Below, one piece after another: positions 9,712 to 19,156 of a stretch of DNA of 64,000 bases; the stretch's first letter is position 1; each line of letters opens with the position of its first letter. Both the position numbers and the translations under genes were made by a program. The DNA is taken from NCBI GenBank assembly GCA_965216315.1, contig CBDCFN010000016.1, positions 1,736,378 through 1,800,377 of the forward strand. The letters are read 5' to 3'. This stretch comes from a bacterium (lineage in GTDB: Bacteria; UBA10199; 2-02-FULL-50-16; JAJFLM01). The notes below the pieces were generated by a model. That model saw only the letters and a list, made by a program, of their open reading frames with translations. It did no database searches and was not told where the DNA came from.

Positions 9712-12700
9712 CTAATTGATATTACAAGAACCGGCGCCACCTTGCGGAACACAGGCCTTGATGATCACGTACATATCGCGAGGCGCCGCCAACTGCGGAG
9801 AATTATGCTTCAGGCGGAAAGCCCCCGCCAGGTCAAAGGTCAGACCCGATGGGACCGAGTTACTGTCCAAATGGGTCGTTGTATTCGTATCTGGTACGGA
9901 ATCAACTGCCGGTATTCCCATGCGGCGACCGCGCATCACATTCGCCCCAGCAGCGCAATCCGGCATGGTATCCATATGTTGCTTCAACGGATTGTCCCCA
10001 AAAATCGTATTCTTGTTGCTTCCACCGGCATCCAACTCCGTGGCGCCGAAGACCTGAGTGGTTAAGAGAGCCGCCGGTATCGCCGCGCTGAGACCCGGTT
10101 CAGCAACCAGTACATTACCCTCTGCATCCGCTAGACATTCCGTACTCAACGTTCCTACCATCGCCGAATCAACTCGATCGGTCAGATCTGTCTTAGGATG
10201 CATGAAAAGTCGAATCGCCACGTTATTGGTAAACTGAATCTTACCGCCGGCCGGATCGTAAACACCCAAGGCTTCCTCAAAATCCGCGTCAGAGGAAAAG
10301 TCGACCGATTCCGGATTCTTCGCAATAATACTGAGCGCATCCGAAGATGAATAGTTCGTATAAATGGAGGGTGCCGGCGCAGAAGACTCAAAGCTGGTTT
10401 GGTCTTTTGCAATGTAAAGATAGAATTCCGAACAACCAGCCCCTGGACTACTCTGACAATCATCCCGGAACAACCACTGACCGCCACTGCCTGGACCGGA
10501 CGCGGTCGGATTGAAGAGACGCATCTGCCCCGTGCCACCGGTAAATGCGGGCGGCAACGGTGTGAATACAGGGTCCAGCGTGATAATTCCATTCGCCGCG
10601 TCAAAGGTAACCGGCAGTTTAAAGGTATCAAACCCACTCAGGCTGGCGCGATCACGTTGGCCTGGTGTCACGGTCGAAGTCATTTTGGTCCCATCAGGAA
10701 GGGCCGTATTGATACCTCCAACCATCCTCAAGACGTGAAGGTTGGCTCCTCCATTCGGCGCCCCGCTCACCCCTTGCAGGCTGCCGTTGAGAACCAAGGG
10801 CTCATTCGCAGCACTCTCACAGGTTCCGCCTTGATTGATCGCGTCACCCGTTACATCCAAAGTCGCACTATGAAGTGTCCGTGAAGTCGCGCCGCCATCC
10901 GTAATATAAGCAATGTCACCAATTTTAAGTGCTTCGCCAGGATTCAAGATGAGACAACCACTATCAAAGAGCGTCGGTTCTGGAATCGTTGCATTCCACT
11001 GAGCCGCATCAACACCCCCAGCGAAAGTTATATTGCCGTTGGTTACGCGTAAAGCATCCGCCAGGAGCGCGGCATTTCCATTGACAAGATAAACACCGCG
11101 GGTGGACGTATCACTTCTGAAGGCCGTATAGCCTTCGACGGGATCGACTCTGACCGCAGCCTTCGTATTTCCTTCGACACAAATAACATTGGAAGGAAGA
11201 ATCCCGCTGCAATCAATCAAATGCGGATTATCCGTAATTCCAGCGTCTAATAGGACCGGATCTTCGATATAAACTTCCAGTCGCGCTGCGAGATCCAAGG
11301 TCATCGCGCCGCTCAAACTCAATAAGCGATTACCGGCATCGGTCTGAATCAATACACTCGCAGCATCCTGGCGGCAGGGTTTGCCCTCACAGTCATCGGG
11401 CTCCGTGGGCAGATTACCGCTGGGCCAGTAGACTTCATAGAAATAAAGCTTATCGCTGCCATCCGTCGATACCGTTGCCGGCATGGGGCTGAAACTAAAC
11501 AGCGCATCTTCGAGAGATTCACCCTGAAGGGTGGCCCCTTTCATGAAATTAAAGGTCAGATCATTTGATTGAACGGAGGTCACCGTCAGGTCACGAACAC
11601 CACTATTACTGATCTCGTAGGCCTTGATCACCGGTGTCCCGACCGGGGTCGTTCCATAAGCGACTTCACCATCGCCGGGAATCAGTTCCGGCATCACAGG
11701 AAGATTATACGTCTCGCCCTGGATCGCACCAACCTCCGTAACCTTAACATCCGCTGCGGGTGGCCGTGCCGTCCCGGTTACGGTAATTGTTAAGGAGCCG
11801 CCCTCAAATATATCAATCTCGGCGGTACAATCCCATTTGGTCGGATCAATGTCATTGTCGACGCATCCACTTGGCTTCGGATCCGTCGGTGCAAAGCGCA
11901 CCTGAATGTTTTTTGATTCACCGGAGTTTAATGAGGTCCCATTCAAAAGACCCGCCGCCGCAATTTCAAAGGCCGTATTGTCAGAACTTATATCAAAGAC
12001 CGGCGCCGCATCAGAAGGCGTCCCGTCATTTGTAATCGTCAAAGAAATAATCGTCTCGAAACGGGCCAGAACATTGATATCCGTAATCCCGGCATCGACT
12101 TCTTCTTTATAAAAAGGCTCATCGGCCAGATCCACCTCGGCCGTAAAGACATTGGCATCACCCTCAGTGAGCGGAAGGTCCTCCCCATCGAGATCCACAC
12201 TAATATTAAGATCACCCGAACCACCGCCATTATTGCCACCGCTGCTGCCTGTCTTCGCACAGGCCGTTGCTAGGTCGACAAAGGGGGTTCCATCGGCATT
12301 CTCAACCGGTCCCTCAATTTCAGCACCCAAGGCCGCTCCCTGTAATCCGGCCAGGCAGGTCTCGGTTGGAATTGATAAGCCCGTCACCAGGCGCAACCAA
12401 GGTTGATTCGGGTTACTCCCGGGATTGGTTCCGCACGCCGGAGAGTCCACATCACCATCCGGATCCATTGTGCAATCACACTCACTCGCAGGCGCTATCG
12501 GGCAACCGGTAAAAGTAATCGTTCCTGATGAATCCGCAATGCTGGCATGCGGTTGGGCATCCGAATTCGTTCCCGTCGTAAATGTCAGCGGTAACCCCTC
12601 AAGCGGAGGCAACACGGATACGCCCTGCAAACCGGTCGTCGAACAGGTCACGCCGGACATCTTAATCAATGGGTCTTCAAGGTTAAATCCGGGATCGGTA

Positions 12701-13794
12701 AAATCACTGACATAGGCATCGAAGATCGCCGGCGGAGGTGCCGTATGATCCGTAAAAGGAAACTTGATCAGATTGATCGCGCGAAAATGTAACGGCAAAG
12801 CAGTTACGGAAACACGGCCCGATTCATCGACAGAGTAATCCCCCTGTCCCACAATTTCAGGTATTTGAATCCCCGGCGCAATGAGCTCACCGTGACCGGC
12901 GTCAACCGCGAGATTGGCCTGCAGGTCTTCACTCGTATTATAAATCAGATAGTCCGGAAACTCAGAAGCCTTGATAAAAATCTTTCCGCCAGCATTGGGA
13001 TCAGACGCATTATCGGGAACAAAATAGAGATTGATGGGATCCTGGTCACGCGTCGCAAAGGGAATCAGCGGCACATTGGTTCGGGCCAGACAATCCGTTT
13101 TAGAATCTCCGGAAAACTTGTTGCATTCAGTAATAAGCGCCGGGTCGTCCTCCGGACCACTGTTCTTCACGCACCCAAACTCAGTGACCTCGTTATCAGT
13201 ACTACAGGCGTTAGGCAAATCTTGCGCGGGAAACTGGGCATCGATATAAAGTTTGAGCCCGACATTGTCAGGTGACTTCAGTCCCGCCTGCCACACGACC
13301 TTACAGGTATCCGTCGGAATATTGACGCACTCACACTTGACTAGGTCTATGGTCTGACTTGCGGTACATGTTGGAGGGGTCGGGCACGAATTAACGACAC
13401 AGGAATTACTCGAGGTATTACAGGTTTCACCGTCCGCACAATCCTCGTTAACACGACATCCGACCTGACAAACATCACTCTCACAAATCTGATTGTCGCC
13501 GTTACTATCATCGGGGCAATCAGAATCGCTACTACAGTCGGGAGCAGGTGTACTGACATTACAACTCCCGTCCGACTTATTACACTCCTGCCCCGTCGGA
13601 CAGGTCACGTTGGCACATAGATCCGTACCGCTACCGCTCCCGCCATCACCTGAATCATCGTCGACGCCGGGGAAGGTAAACGGTGCATCGGAGTTGGGCT
13701 CGCTAAACAAGCCGCAGCCGGCCGTCGTAAAAACGAGCGCAAGTGTGACTAGGAGTGGCAGGAATCGAATCTTATGTGACCTGATTAATCGCAA
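9712..13794 (-). CDS. Giant Cys-rich secreted protein or lipoprotein (about 1360 aa mature ORF; track ORF extends to 14034)
   Basis: Long ORF with signal peptide RFLPLLVTLALVFTTAGC. No ATG lies between the track start and the signal peptide. Likely TTG start at 13792-13794 with GAGG 7 nt upstream. Cys-rich module at about 13314-13644 (CPTGQEC, CSSDSDCPDD, CQVGC, CADGETC). Confidence 0.65.
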   Translation of the reverse strand: MRLIRSHKIRFLPLLVTLALVFTTAGCGLFSEPNSDAPFTFPGVDDDSGDGGSGSGTDLCANVTCPTGQECNKSDGSCNVSTPAPDCSSDSDCPDDSNGDNQICESDVCQVGCRVNEDCADGETCNTSSNSCVVNSCPTPPTCTASQTIDLVKCECVNIPTDTCKVVWQAGLKSPDNVGLKLYIDAQFPAQDLPNACSTDNEVTEFGCVKNSGPEDDPALITECNKFSGDSKTDCLARTNVPLIPFATRDQDPINLYFVPDNASDPNAGGKIFIKASEFPDYLIYNTSEDLQANLAVDAGHGELIAPGIQIPEIVGQGDYSVDESGRVSVTALPLHFRAINLIKFPFTDHTAPPPAIFDAYVSDFTDPGFNLEDPLIKMSGVTCSTTGLQGVSVLPPLEGLPLTFTTGTNSDAQPHASIADSSGTITFTGCPIAPASECDCTMDPDGDVDSPACGTNPGSNPNQPWLRLVTGLSIPTETCLAGLQGAALGAEIEGPVENADGTPFVDLATACAKTGSSGGNNGGGSGDLNISVDLDGEDLPLTEGDANVFTAEVDLADEPFYKEEVDAGITDINVLARFETIISLTITNDGTPSDAAPVFDISSDNTAFEIAAAGLLNGTSLNSGESKNIQVRFAPTDPKPSGCVDNDIDPTKWDCTAEIDIFEGGSLTITVTGTARPPAADVKVTEVGAIQGETYNLPVMPELIPGDGEVAYGTTPVGTPVIKAYEISNSGVRDLTVTSVQSNDLTFNFMKGATLQGESLEDALFSFSPMPATVSTDGSDKLYFYEVYWPSGNLPTEPDDCEGKPCRQDAASVLIQTDAGNRLLSLSGAMTLDLAARLEVYIEDPVLLDAGITDNPHLIDCSGILPSNVICVEGNTKAAVRVDPVEGYTAFRSDTSTRGVYLVNGNAALLADALRVTNGNITFAGGVDAAQWNATIPEPTLFDSGCLILNPGEALKIGDIAYITDGGATSRTLHSATLDVTGDAINQGGTCESAANEPLVLNGSLQGVSGAPNGGANLHVLRMVGGINTALPDGTKMTSTVTPGQRDRASLSGFDTFKLPVTFDAANGIITLDPVFTPLPPAFTGGTGQMRLFNPTASGPGSGGQWLFRDDCQSSPGAGCSEFYLYIAKDQTSFESSAPAPSIYTNYSSSDALSIIAKNPESVDFSSDADFEEALGVYDPAGGKIQFTNNVAIRLFMHPKTDLTDRVDSAMVGTLSTECLADAEGNVLVAEPGLSAAIPAALLTTQVFGATELDAGGSNKNTIFGDNPLKQHMDTMPDCAAGANVMRGRRMGIPAVDSVPDTNTTTHLDSNSVPSGLTFDLAGAFRLKHNSPQLAAPRDMYVIIKACVPQGGAGSCNIN

Positions 13795-13951
13795 CAGCAA
13801 CCTCGCTTTGAGGGCTCTAAGCCCTGCCGCATCTATCGTCAATTGATTTCGATTGTTGCTAACGCGAGGCGTCAATTCAAACAAAATAAAATGAACATTT
13901 TCAAAAACTTGCGAAAACTCTGCTTGCCTCCTGGCCGGTGTATTTGACATC

Positions 13952-14419
13952 TTGAGAAGCATGACAGTCGAGCATTCCGGACCCCACAAAAAGCCCAAGA
14001 TCAGCCTCGTCGAGGTGATGGTTGCCGTCGCCATTATCGGAACGGCAGCCTCGCTCGCCGTTCCCCGCTACATGAAAGATATGAAAGCCGAACGGCAAGC
14101 GGAATGCCCCCGCGAACTCAATAAAATAGTCGCGGCTCAACAGGCTTTTTTTCAAGCCCATCAGCGCTATAGCGCTAATTTAGCTGACCTTGACTGGAAG
14201 CCCCCGGCTAAAGCCGTTTATCTCTATGGCTTTCACAATGGATCGGTGTCCAAGACAGATAATCCGGAGCTCAGCGCCGACAAACTGCCGAAAACAACGC
14301 TTTCGCCACAACATTTCATCATCGGCTGTATCGGCAATCTCGATACCGATCCGGAACTAGATATTTTTACCATCGATGAGCAAGCAAAGCTCGTCCACCT
14401 CCACAACGACCGGCAATAA
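13952..14419 (+). CDS. Type IV pilin-like or pseudopilin-like protein with a non-canonical prepilin leader
   Basis: KISLVEVMVAVAIIG-TAASLAVPRY aligns with GFTLIELMIVVAIIG-ILAAIAIPxY of type IV pilins (Glu at +5 present), but position -1 is Lys rather than Gly. Divergent from the large operon. Confidence 0.6.
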   Translation: MRSMTVEHSGPHKKPKISLVEVMVAVAIIGTAASLAVPRYMKDMKAERQAECPRELNKIVAAQQAFFQAHQRYSANLADLDWKPPAKAVYLYGFHNGSVSKTDNPELSADKLPKTTLSPQHFIIGCIGNLDTDPELDIFTIDEQAKLVHLHNDRQ

Positions 14420-14625
14420 CTCATTGCTTCTAAGCACTTTTTTGGCTGCCAATATGATGACGTTTTGCGGCAAAATGGGTGATTTTTGACCCCAAATCAG
14501 CCATCTCAGGGCCTTGCTGCCGCAGCACCCAGAGCTCTGTAAATGATATCAGAGACTTACAACCAGCATTCCTAGGCCATTTTGGCATGAGATTTGCTTT
14601 TTATAAGCAGGGAAGGAACGTTGGC

Positions 14626-15114
14626 ATGGATAATCTCGCTGAGCGCCTCTCGCATGGAGGCCGAAAACGCATCTTGGTTGTTGATGACAATGAGATGCTG
14701 CTCAAGTTCTGGGACCGCTTGTTGGGTGCCAAGCACCTCAACTATTCTCATTATCAAATCACCAAGAGTGCTGAAGAAGCCCTCCAACTGATGGGTACAA
14801 CTAAATTCGATATTGCCATTATTGATATCGTGATGCCCAATATCGATGGTTTTGATTTTGTCCGCGAGGCGTGGACTCAAAACCCTGATATGCAACTTGT
14901 GTTCACAACCGCATATGAATGCGACTTCCGTCATGTCTCTCTGAGTGCAACTGAAGATAACCGTCGTGACGTGCATGTCTTGTTAAAACCTTACCAAGAC
15001 ATCAGTAAGATTGAAGAATTTATCGCGCGTTTGAGCGATGAAGATGCCTCACTCAATAATACGCCGCCCATTAAAAATGAAACCAATCTTCGTTTCCACT
15101 TGTGGCGACTTTAA
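14626..15114 (+). CDS. Single-domain CheY-like response regulator (receiver only)
   Basis: RILVVDDNEMLLKF ... IAIIDIVMPNIDGFDFV receiver motifs. ATG 14626 is preceded by GGAAGGAA, which is a better start than the track ORF start at 14479. Confidence 0.8.
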   Translation: MDNLAERLSHGGRKRILVVDDNEMLLKFWDRLLGAKHLNYSHYQITKSAEEALQLMGTTKFDIAIIDIVMPNIDGFDFVREAWTQNPDMQLVFTTAYECDFRHVSLSATEDNRRDVHVLLKPYQDISKIEEFIARLSDEDASLNNTPPIKNETNLRFHLWRL

Positions 15115-15125
15115 TTCAGTAAATT

Positions 15126-17324
15126 TCAGTTTGTTAGTAACGTCAGGTGAGCGTAACGAACAAGGAGCTTCTTCACGCGTCCACTTTGGAAAGATACGGT
15201 AACTTTCTGGTCTTCGCCCTTGCCTTCACAACGACGCACCATACCCACTCCAAACTGAGGGTGTTGAACATGGGCCCCCTCGCGAAAGGGCGAAGCCTCA
15301 CTATCATCAACCGGTCGCTGATCAAAGTCGCTAAACTCTGGATCGACAGGAAAATCATCATCAAACGAGTCGTGAGCAGATGCAACAAGCGGTGCCTCTA
15401 TATTACCAGTGCGTTCAATTAATTCAGCCGGCATCTCCTCCAAAAAACGTGAAGGCAGGTTCATTTGATCTCCCCCATACAGCCGCCGACGTACTGCCGA
15501 GGTCATATAGAGTTTTTGGCGTGCTCGCGTGACGCCCACATAACAAAGCCTCCGCTCCTCTTCCAATTCCTCGGTATCATCAATTGAACGTGAATGAGGA
15601 AAGAGATTTTCCTCCATCCCGGCCATGAAAACCACATCGTACTCCAGGCCCTTGGCAAGATGAAGCGTCATCAAGGGAACAACACCCAATTCAGGATCAT
15701 AGGTATCGTTATTGCCCACCAGCATCGCACGTTCTAAAAAAGTCGTCAGCGACGGCTCCTCTTCACTCCGTTCGAATTCAGCAACGACGTTCAGGAATTC
15801 ATCGAGATTCTCAAGTCTTTCCTCCGCCTCCGTCGTCTGTTCTTTTTCGAGTGATTCACGATAGCCTGATTCATCTAATATGGCCTCGACAAGATTTCCC
15901 AAAGTCACTTCCTGCGCGAGCGTTTGAAACCGGCTCAACAACGAACCCAATACTTTCATCTTGGCCTGCATGGCACTCGGAATCTCTACAAAGCCGCCAC
16001 ATTCCTGGGCTATCTGCACAGCGGTCTTTTCATATTTCTCTGCCGCAATCATGATGTATTCATAGGCCTTAGCCCCCAGCCCGCGCGCCGGTGTATTAAA
16101 AATCCGCTTAAAGGCAACATCATCGGCCGGGTTGACCAACAGCCGCATATAAGCCAATACGTCTTTGATCTCCTTGCGAGCATAAAAACTGACCCCGCCA
16201 TAAATCACATACGGTATCTGACGTTTACGCAATTCATCCTCAAAAAGGCGTGACTGTGCATTCGTCCGATAAAAAATGGACATTTCAGCATAGGATCGCC
16301 CTGATTGGCATTCTTGGCCGATCGTTTCGGCCACATAGGCGGCTTCCGCACGATCATCCGCCGCTAGATACCATGTGGCATCATCACCTGCAGCACTTTC
16401 AGTCCATAAGCGTTTTTCTTTCCGACCAGAATTGTTGGCAATCACGTTAGACGCTATCTCAAGAATCTTAGCAGTCGATCGATAATTTTGTTCTAACTTG
16501 ATAACTTTGGCTCCCGGATAGTCATCTTCAAAACGCAAAATATTTTCAATATCGGCACCACGCCAGCGATAAATGGACTGATCATCATCACCGACCACAC
16601 ATAGATTGCCATGCTTCTCCGCTAAGAGACGTACCCAATGATATTGGGCCGCATTCGTATCTTGATACTCATCAATTAAAATATATTGAAAAAATTGCTG
16701 ATAATATTGAAGAACAGTCGGATTGTTCCGGAGCATAAAAACACACTCCATCAAGAGATCTCCAAAATCGAGGGCCTGATTCTCACGCAGTTTGCGCTGA
16801 TAAAGCTTGTAGAGCTCCGCAACCTGCGTTTCATAAAATGTCTCCGCCTGTTCTGCATAATCATCCGGAGTCTTTAGATAATTCTTAGCTCCTTGAATAC
16901 GCGACAATACAGCCGTTGGATTAAATGTCTTTGTATCCAGCTTCAACTCGGCAAGACATTGCTTCAGGAGAGTCTTCTGATCATCAGCATCGTAGATCGC
17001 GAAATCGCGGATGAGTCCCAAACGATCATAATTGGCTCTCAACATCCGTACACACGAAGAATGAAAAGTGGAAACCCACATTCGCCTGACAGAATCCGGA
17101 ACCAATGTCTGAATCCGCAGCTTCATCTCTTCAGCGGCCTTATTTGTGAACGTAACGGCCAGAATATTGTCGGAAGGAATGCCAACCTCTGTAATCAAAC
17201 GCGCAATACGATGGACAATAACGCGGGTTTTTCCCGACCCGGCCCCTGCGAGCACTAACAAGGGACCCTCGGTAGTCTCAACGGCTTCTTGCTGTTGGGG
17301 ATTAAGGTTCACCTGTTTATTCAA
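15126..17324 (-). CDS. uvrD: ATP-dependent DNA helicase, UvrD/PcrA/Rep family
   Basis: Walker A GPLLVLAGAGSGKTRVIVHRIARL and helicase motifs throughout. Its start overlaps the glmS stop by 8 nt. Confidence 0.9.
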   Translation of the reverse strand: MNKQVNLNPQQQEAVETTEGPLLVLAGAGSGKTRVIVHRIARLITEVGIPSDNILAVTFTNKAAEEMKLRIQTLVPDSVRRMWVSTFHSSCVRMLRANYDRLGLIRDFAIYDADDQKTLLKQCLAELKLDTKTFNPTAVLSRIQGAKNYLKTPDDYAEQAETFYETQVAELYKLYQRKLRENQALDFGDLLMECVFMLRNNPTVLQYYQQFFQYILIDEYQDTNAAQYHWVRLLAEKHGNLCVVGDDDQSIYRWRGADIENILRFEDDYPGAKVIKLEQNYRSTAKILEIASNVIANNSGRKEKRLWTESAAGDDATWYLAADDRAEAAYVAETIGQECQSGRSYAEMSIFYRTNAQSRLFEDELRKRQIPYVIYGGVSFYARKEIKDVLAYMRLLVNPADDVAFKRIFNTPARGLGAKAYEYIMIAAEKYEKTAVQIAQECGGFVEIPSAMQAKMKVLGSLLSRFQTLAQEVTLGNLVEAILDESGYRESLEKEQTTEAEERLENLDEFLNVVAEFERSEEEPSLTTFLERAMLVGNNDTYDPELGVVPLMTLHLAKGLEYDVVFMAGMEENLFPHSRSIDDTEELEEERRLCYVGVTRARQKLYMTSAVRRRLYGGDQMNLPSRFLEEMPAELIERTGNIEAPLVASAHDSFDDDFPVDPEFSDFDQRPVDDSEASPFREGAHVQHPQFGVGMVRRCEGKGEDQKVTVSFQSGRVKKLLVRYAHLTLLTN

Positions 17325-19155
17325 CAGTTACACTTTTAGCGAGATTACGTGGTTGATCAACGTCCGTTCCCTTGTGATCAGCTATATGATAGGCCAGCAG
17401 TTGGAGTGGAACGACTTCGACGACAGGCTGAAGAAACCAAGGAACTCTAGGGACAAACAAAGTATAATCCGATCGTTCAGGAACTACTTTGTCACCACGA
17501 TTAGCAACAGTAATTACTTCGGCTCCGCGCGCCCTCACCTCTTCGATATTTCCCAGCACTTTTTCATAAGTCACATCATCACGTGGCGCCAAAACAAGTA
17601 CGGGCATCCCTCGGTCGATCAAGGCGATCGGACCGTGCTTCATTTCGCCGGCAGAATAACCTTCGGCATGAATATAAGAGATTTCCTTTAGTTTCAATGC
17701 CCCTTCCAAAGCAATCGGATAATGGACGCCACGCGCGAAATAGAGAAAACTGGCCGCACCCGTGTAACGGCGCGATAAGGCATCTATTTGATCATCAAGG
17801 GCAAGTACCTGACGAATTTTATCCGGCAATCGGGTCAGGCCTTGAACGGCCTGAGCGAGCTCTTCTTTATTCATATGACCGCGACGACCGGCCCACTCCA
17901 GCGAGAGCAGAATGAGCAGCACCAATTGCGTTACAAAAGCTTTCGTTGAGGCAACACCGATTTCAGGACCTGCCTGTGTATAAAGCGTCACATCAGAAGC
18001 ACGTGGTATACTGGAATCAATAACATTACAAATCGACAGTATCTTTGCTCCCTGCTCGCGAGCATTCTGCATGGCCGCTAAAGTATCCGCCGTCTCCCCT
18101 GATTGAGAAACCGCAATAATAAGGGTCTTTTTATCTATAATAGGGTTTCGATACCGAAATTCAGAGGCCTGATTAACAGATACAGGCAATCGCGCCAGAC
18201 TCTCCATCAGATACTTGCCAACCATACCCGCATGATACGACGTGCCACAGCCAATAATATAAACTTTGTCGAAAGGAAATTTGTTGTCGGGCATTAAGGT
18301 TTCCATATCCTCTAAAATCACCTCTCGATGATCTTCCCCGAGTCGCCCGGCGAGAGTCTGCGCAATGGCTTCAGGCTGCTCATAAATTTCCTTCAACATG
18401 AAGTGGCGAAAACCACCCTTCTCCGCCATAGCCTGGTCCCAGCTAATATGACGTGAATTCCGACTTACCGACTCATTCTCAGCATCATAGAGTTCAAGCG
18501 CGTCACGTGTGAGCATCCCATAGTCACCATCTTCCAGGAAAATGACTTCTCGCGTGTAAGGAAGCAGCGCAGGGACATCGGACGCTAAATAATGAGAACC
18601 CGATCCGACCCCAACAACTAAAGGGGACCCACGACGTGCAATATAGAGATGATCAGGGTCCTGTTCGTTAAGCACCGCCAAGGCATAAGAGCCTTCGAGG
18701 TCACCAAGGGCTTTTTTAAAGGCATCAAAAATCGTCGGACTCTTTTCGATGTAATGGTCAATCAAATGTGCAATAACTTCCGTATCGGTATCCGAATCAA
18801 AGCTATGTTTGCCTCCCTTGGAAAGCCGTTTGCGCAATTTATCATAGTTCTCAATGATTCCGTTATGGATCACCATCACTGATCCGACACAATGCGGATG
18901 TGCATTCCGCTCAGAGGGACCCCCATGCGTCGCCCAACGAGTATGTCCGATGCCAATGTTTCCTTTAGGAGCCGCACGAAAAACTTCTCTCTCTAAATTA
19001 ATGAGTTTTCCTTCAGCGCGATGAATTTGGGGACCAGCCCCATTGAGCACGGCAAGTCCCGCGGAATCATAGCCCCGATATTCCAAACGCCTGAGACCAT
19101 CCAATAAAATCTCAGTGGCATTTTCGTTACCTATGTATCCAACTATCCCACACAT
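17317..19155 (-). CDS. glmS: Glutamine--fructose-6-phosphate aminotransferase
   Basis: N-terminal MCGIVGYIG (Ntn Cys), two SIS domains, canonical C-terminus ...SVTVE. Confidence 0.95.
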   Translation of the reverse strand: MCGIVGYIGNENATEILLDGLRRLEYRGYDSAGLAVLNGAGPQIHRAEGKLINLEREVFRAAPKGNIGIGHTRWATHGGPSERNAHPHCVGSVMVIHNGIIENYDKLRKRLSKGGKHSFDSDTDTEVIAHLIDHYIEKSPTIFDAFKKALGDLEGSYALAVLNEQDPDHLYIARRGSPLVVGVGSGSHYLASDVPALLPYTREVIFLEDGDYGMLTRDALELYDAENESVSRNSRHISWDQAMAEKGGFRHFMLKEIYEQPEAIAQTLAGRLGEDHREVILEDMETLMPDNKFPFDKVYIIGCGTSYHAGMVGKYLMESLARLPVSVNQASEFRYRNPIIDKKTLIIAVSQSGETADTLAAMQNAREQGAKILSICNVIDSSIPRASDVTLYTQAGPEIGVASTKAFVTQLVLLILLSLEWAGRRGHMNKEELAQAVQGLTRLPDKIRQVLALDDQIDALSRRYTGAASFLYFARGVHYPIALEGALKLKEISYIHAEGYSAGEMKHGPIALIDRGMPVLVLAPRDDVTYEKVLGNIEEVRARGAEVITVANRGDKVVPERSDYTLFVPRVPWFLQPVVEVVPLQLLAYHIADHKGTDVDQPRNLAKSVTVE

Positions 19156-19156
19156 A

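Noticed and set aside
14479-14625. Track ORF start for the response regulator, 49 codons upstream of the receiver domain
   Set aside because: The upstream extension (MIFDPKSAISGPCCRSTQSS...) is not receiver-like. ATG 14626 has a strong GGAAGGAA RBS, so the shorter form is preferred.
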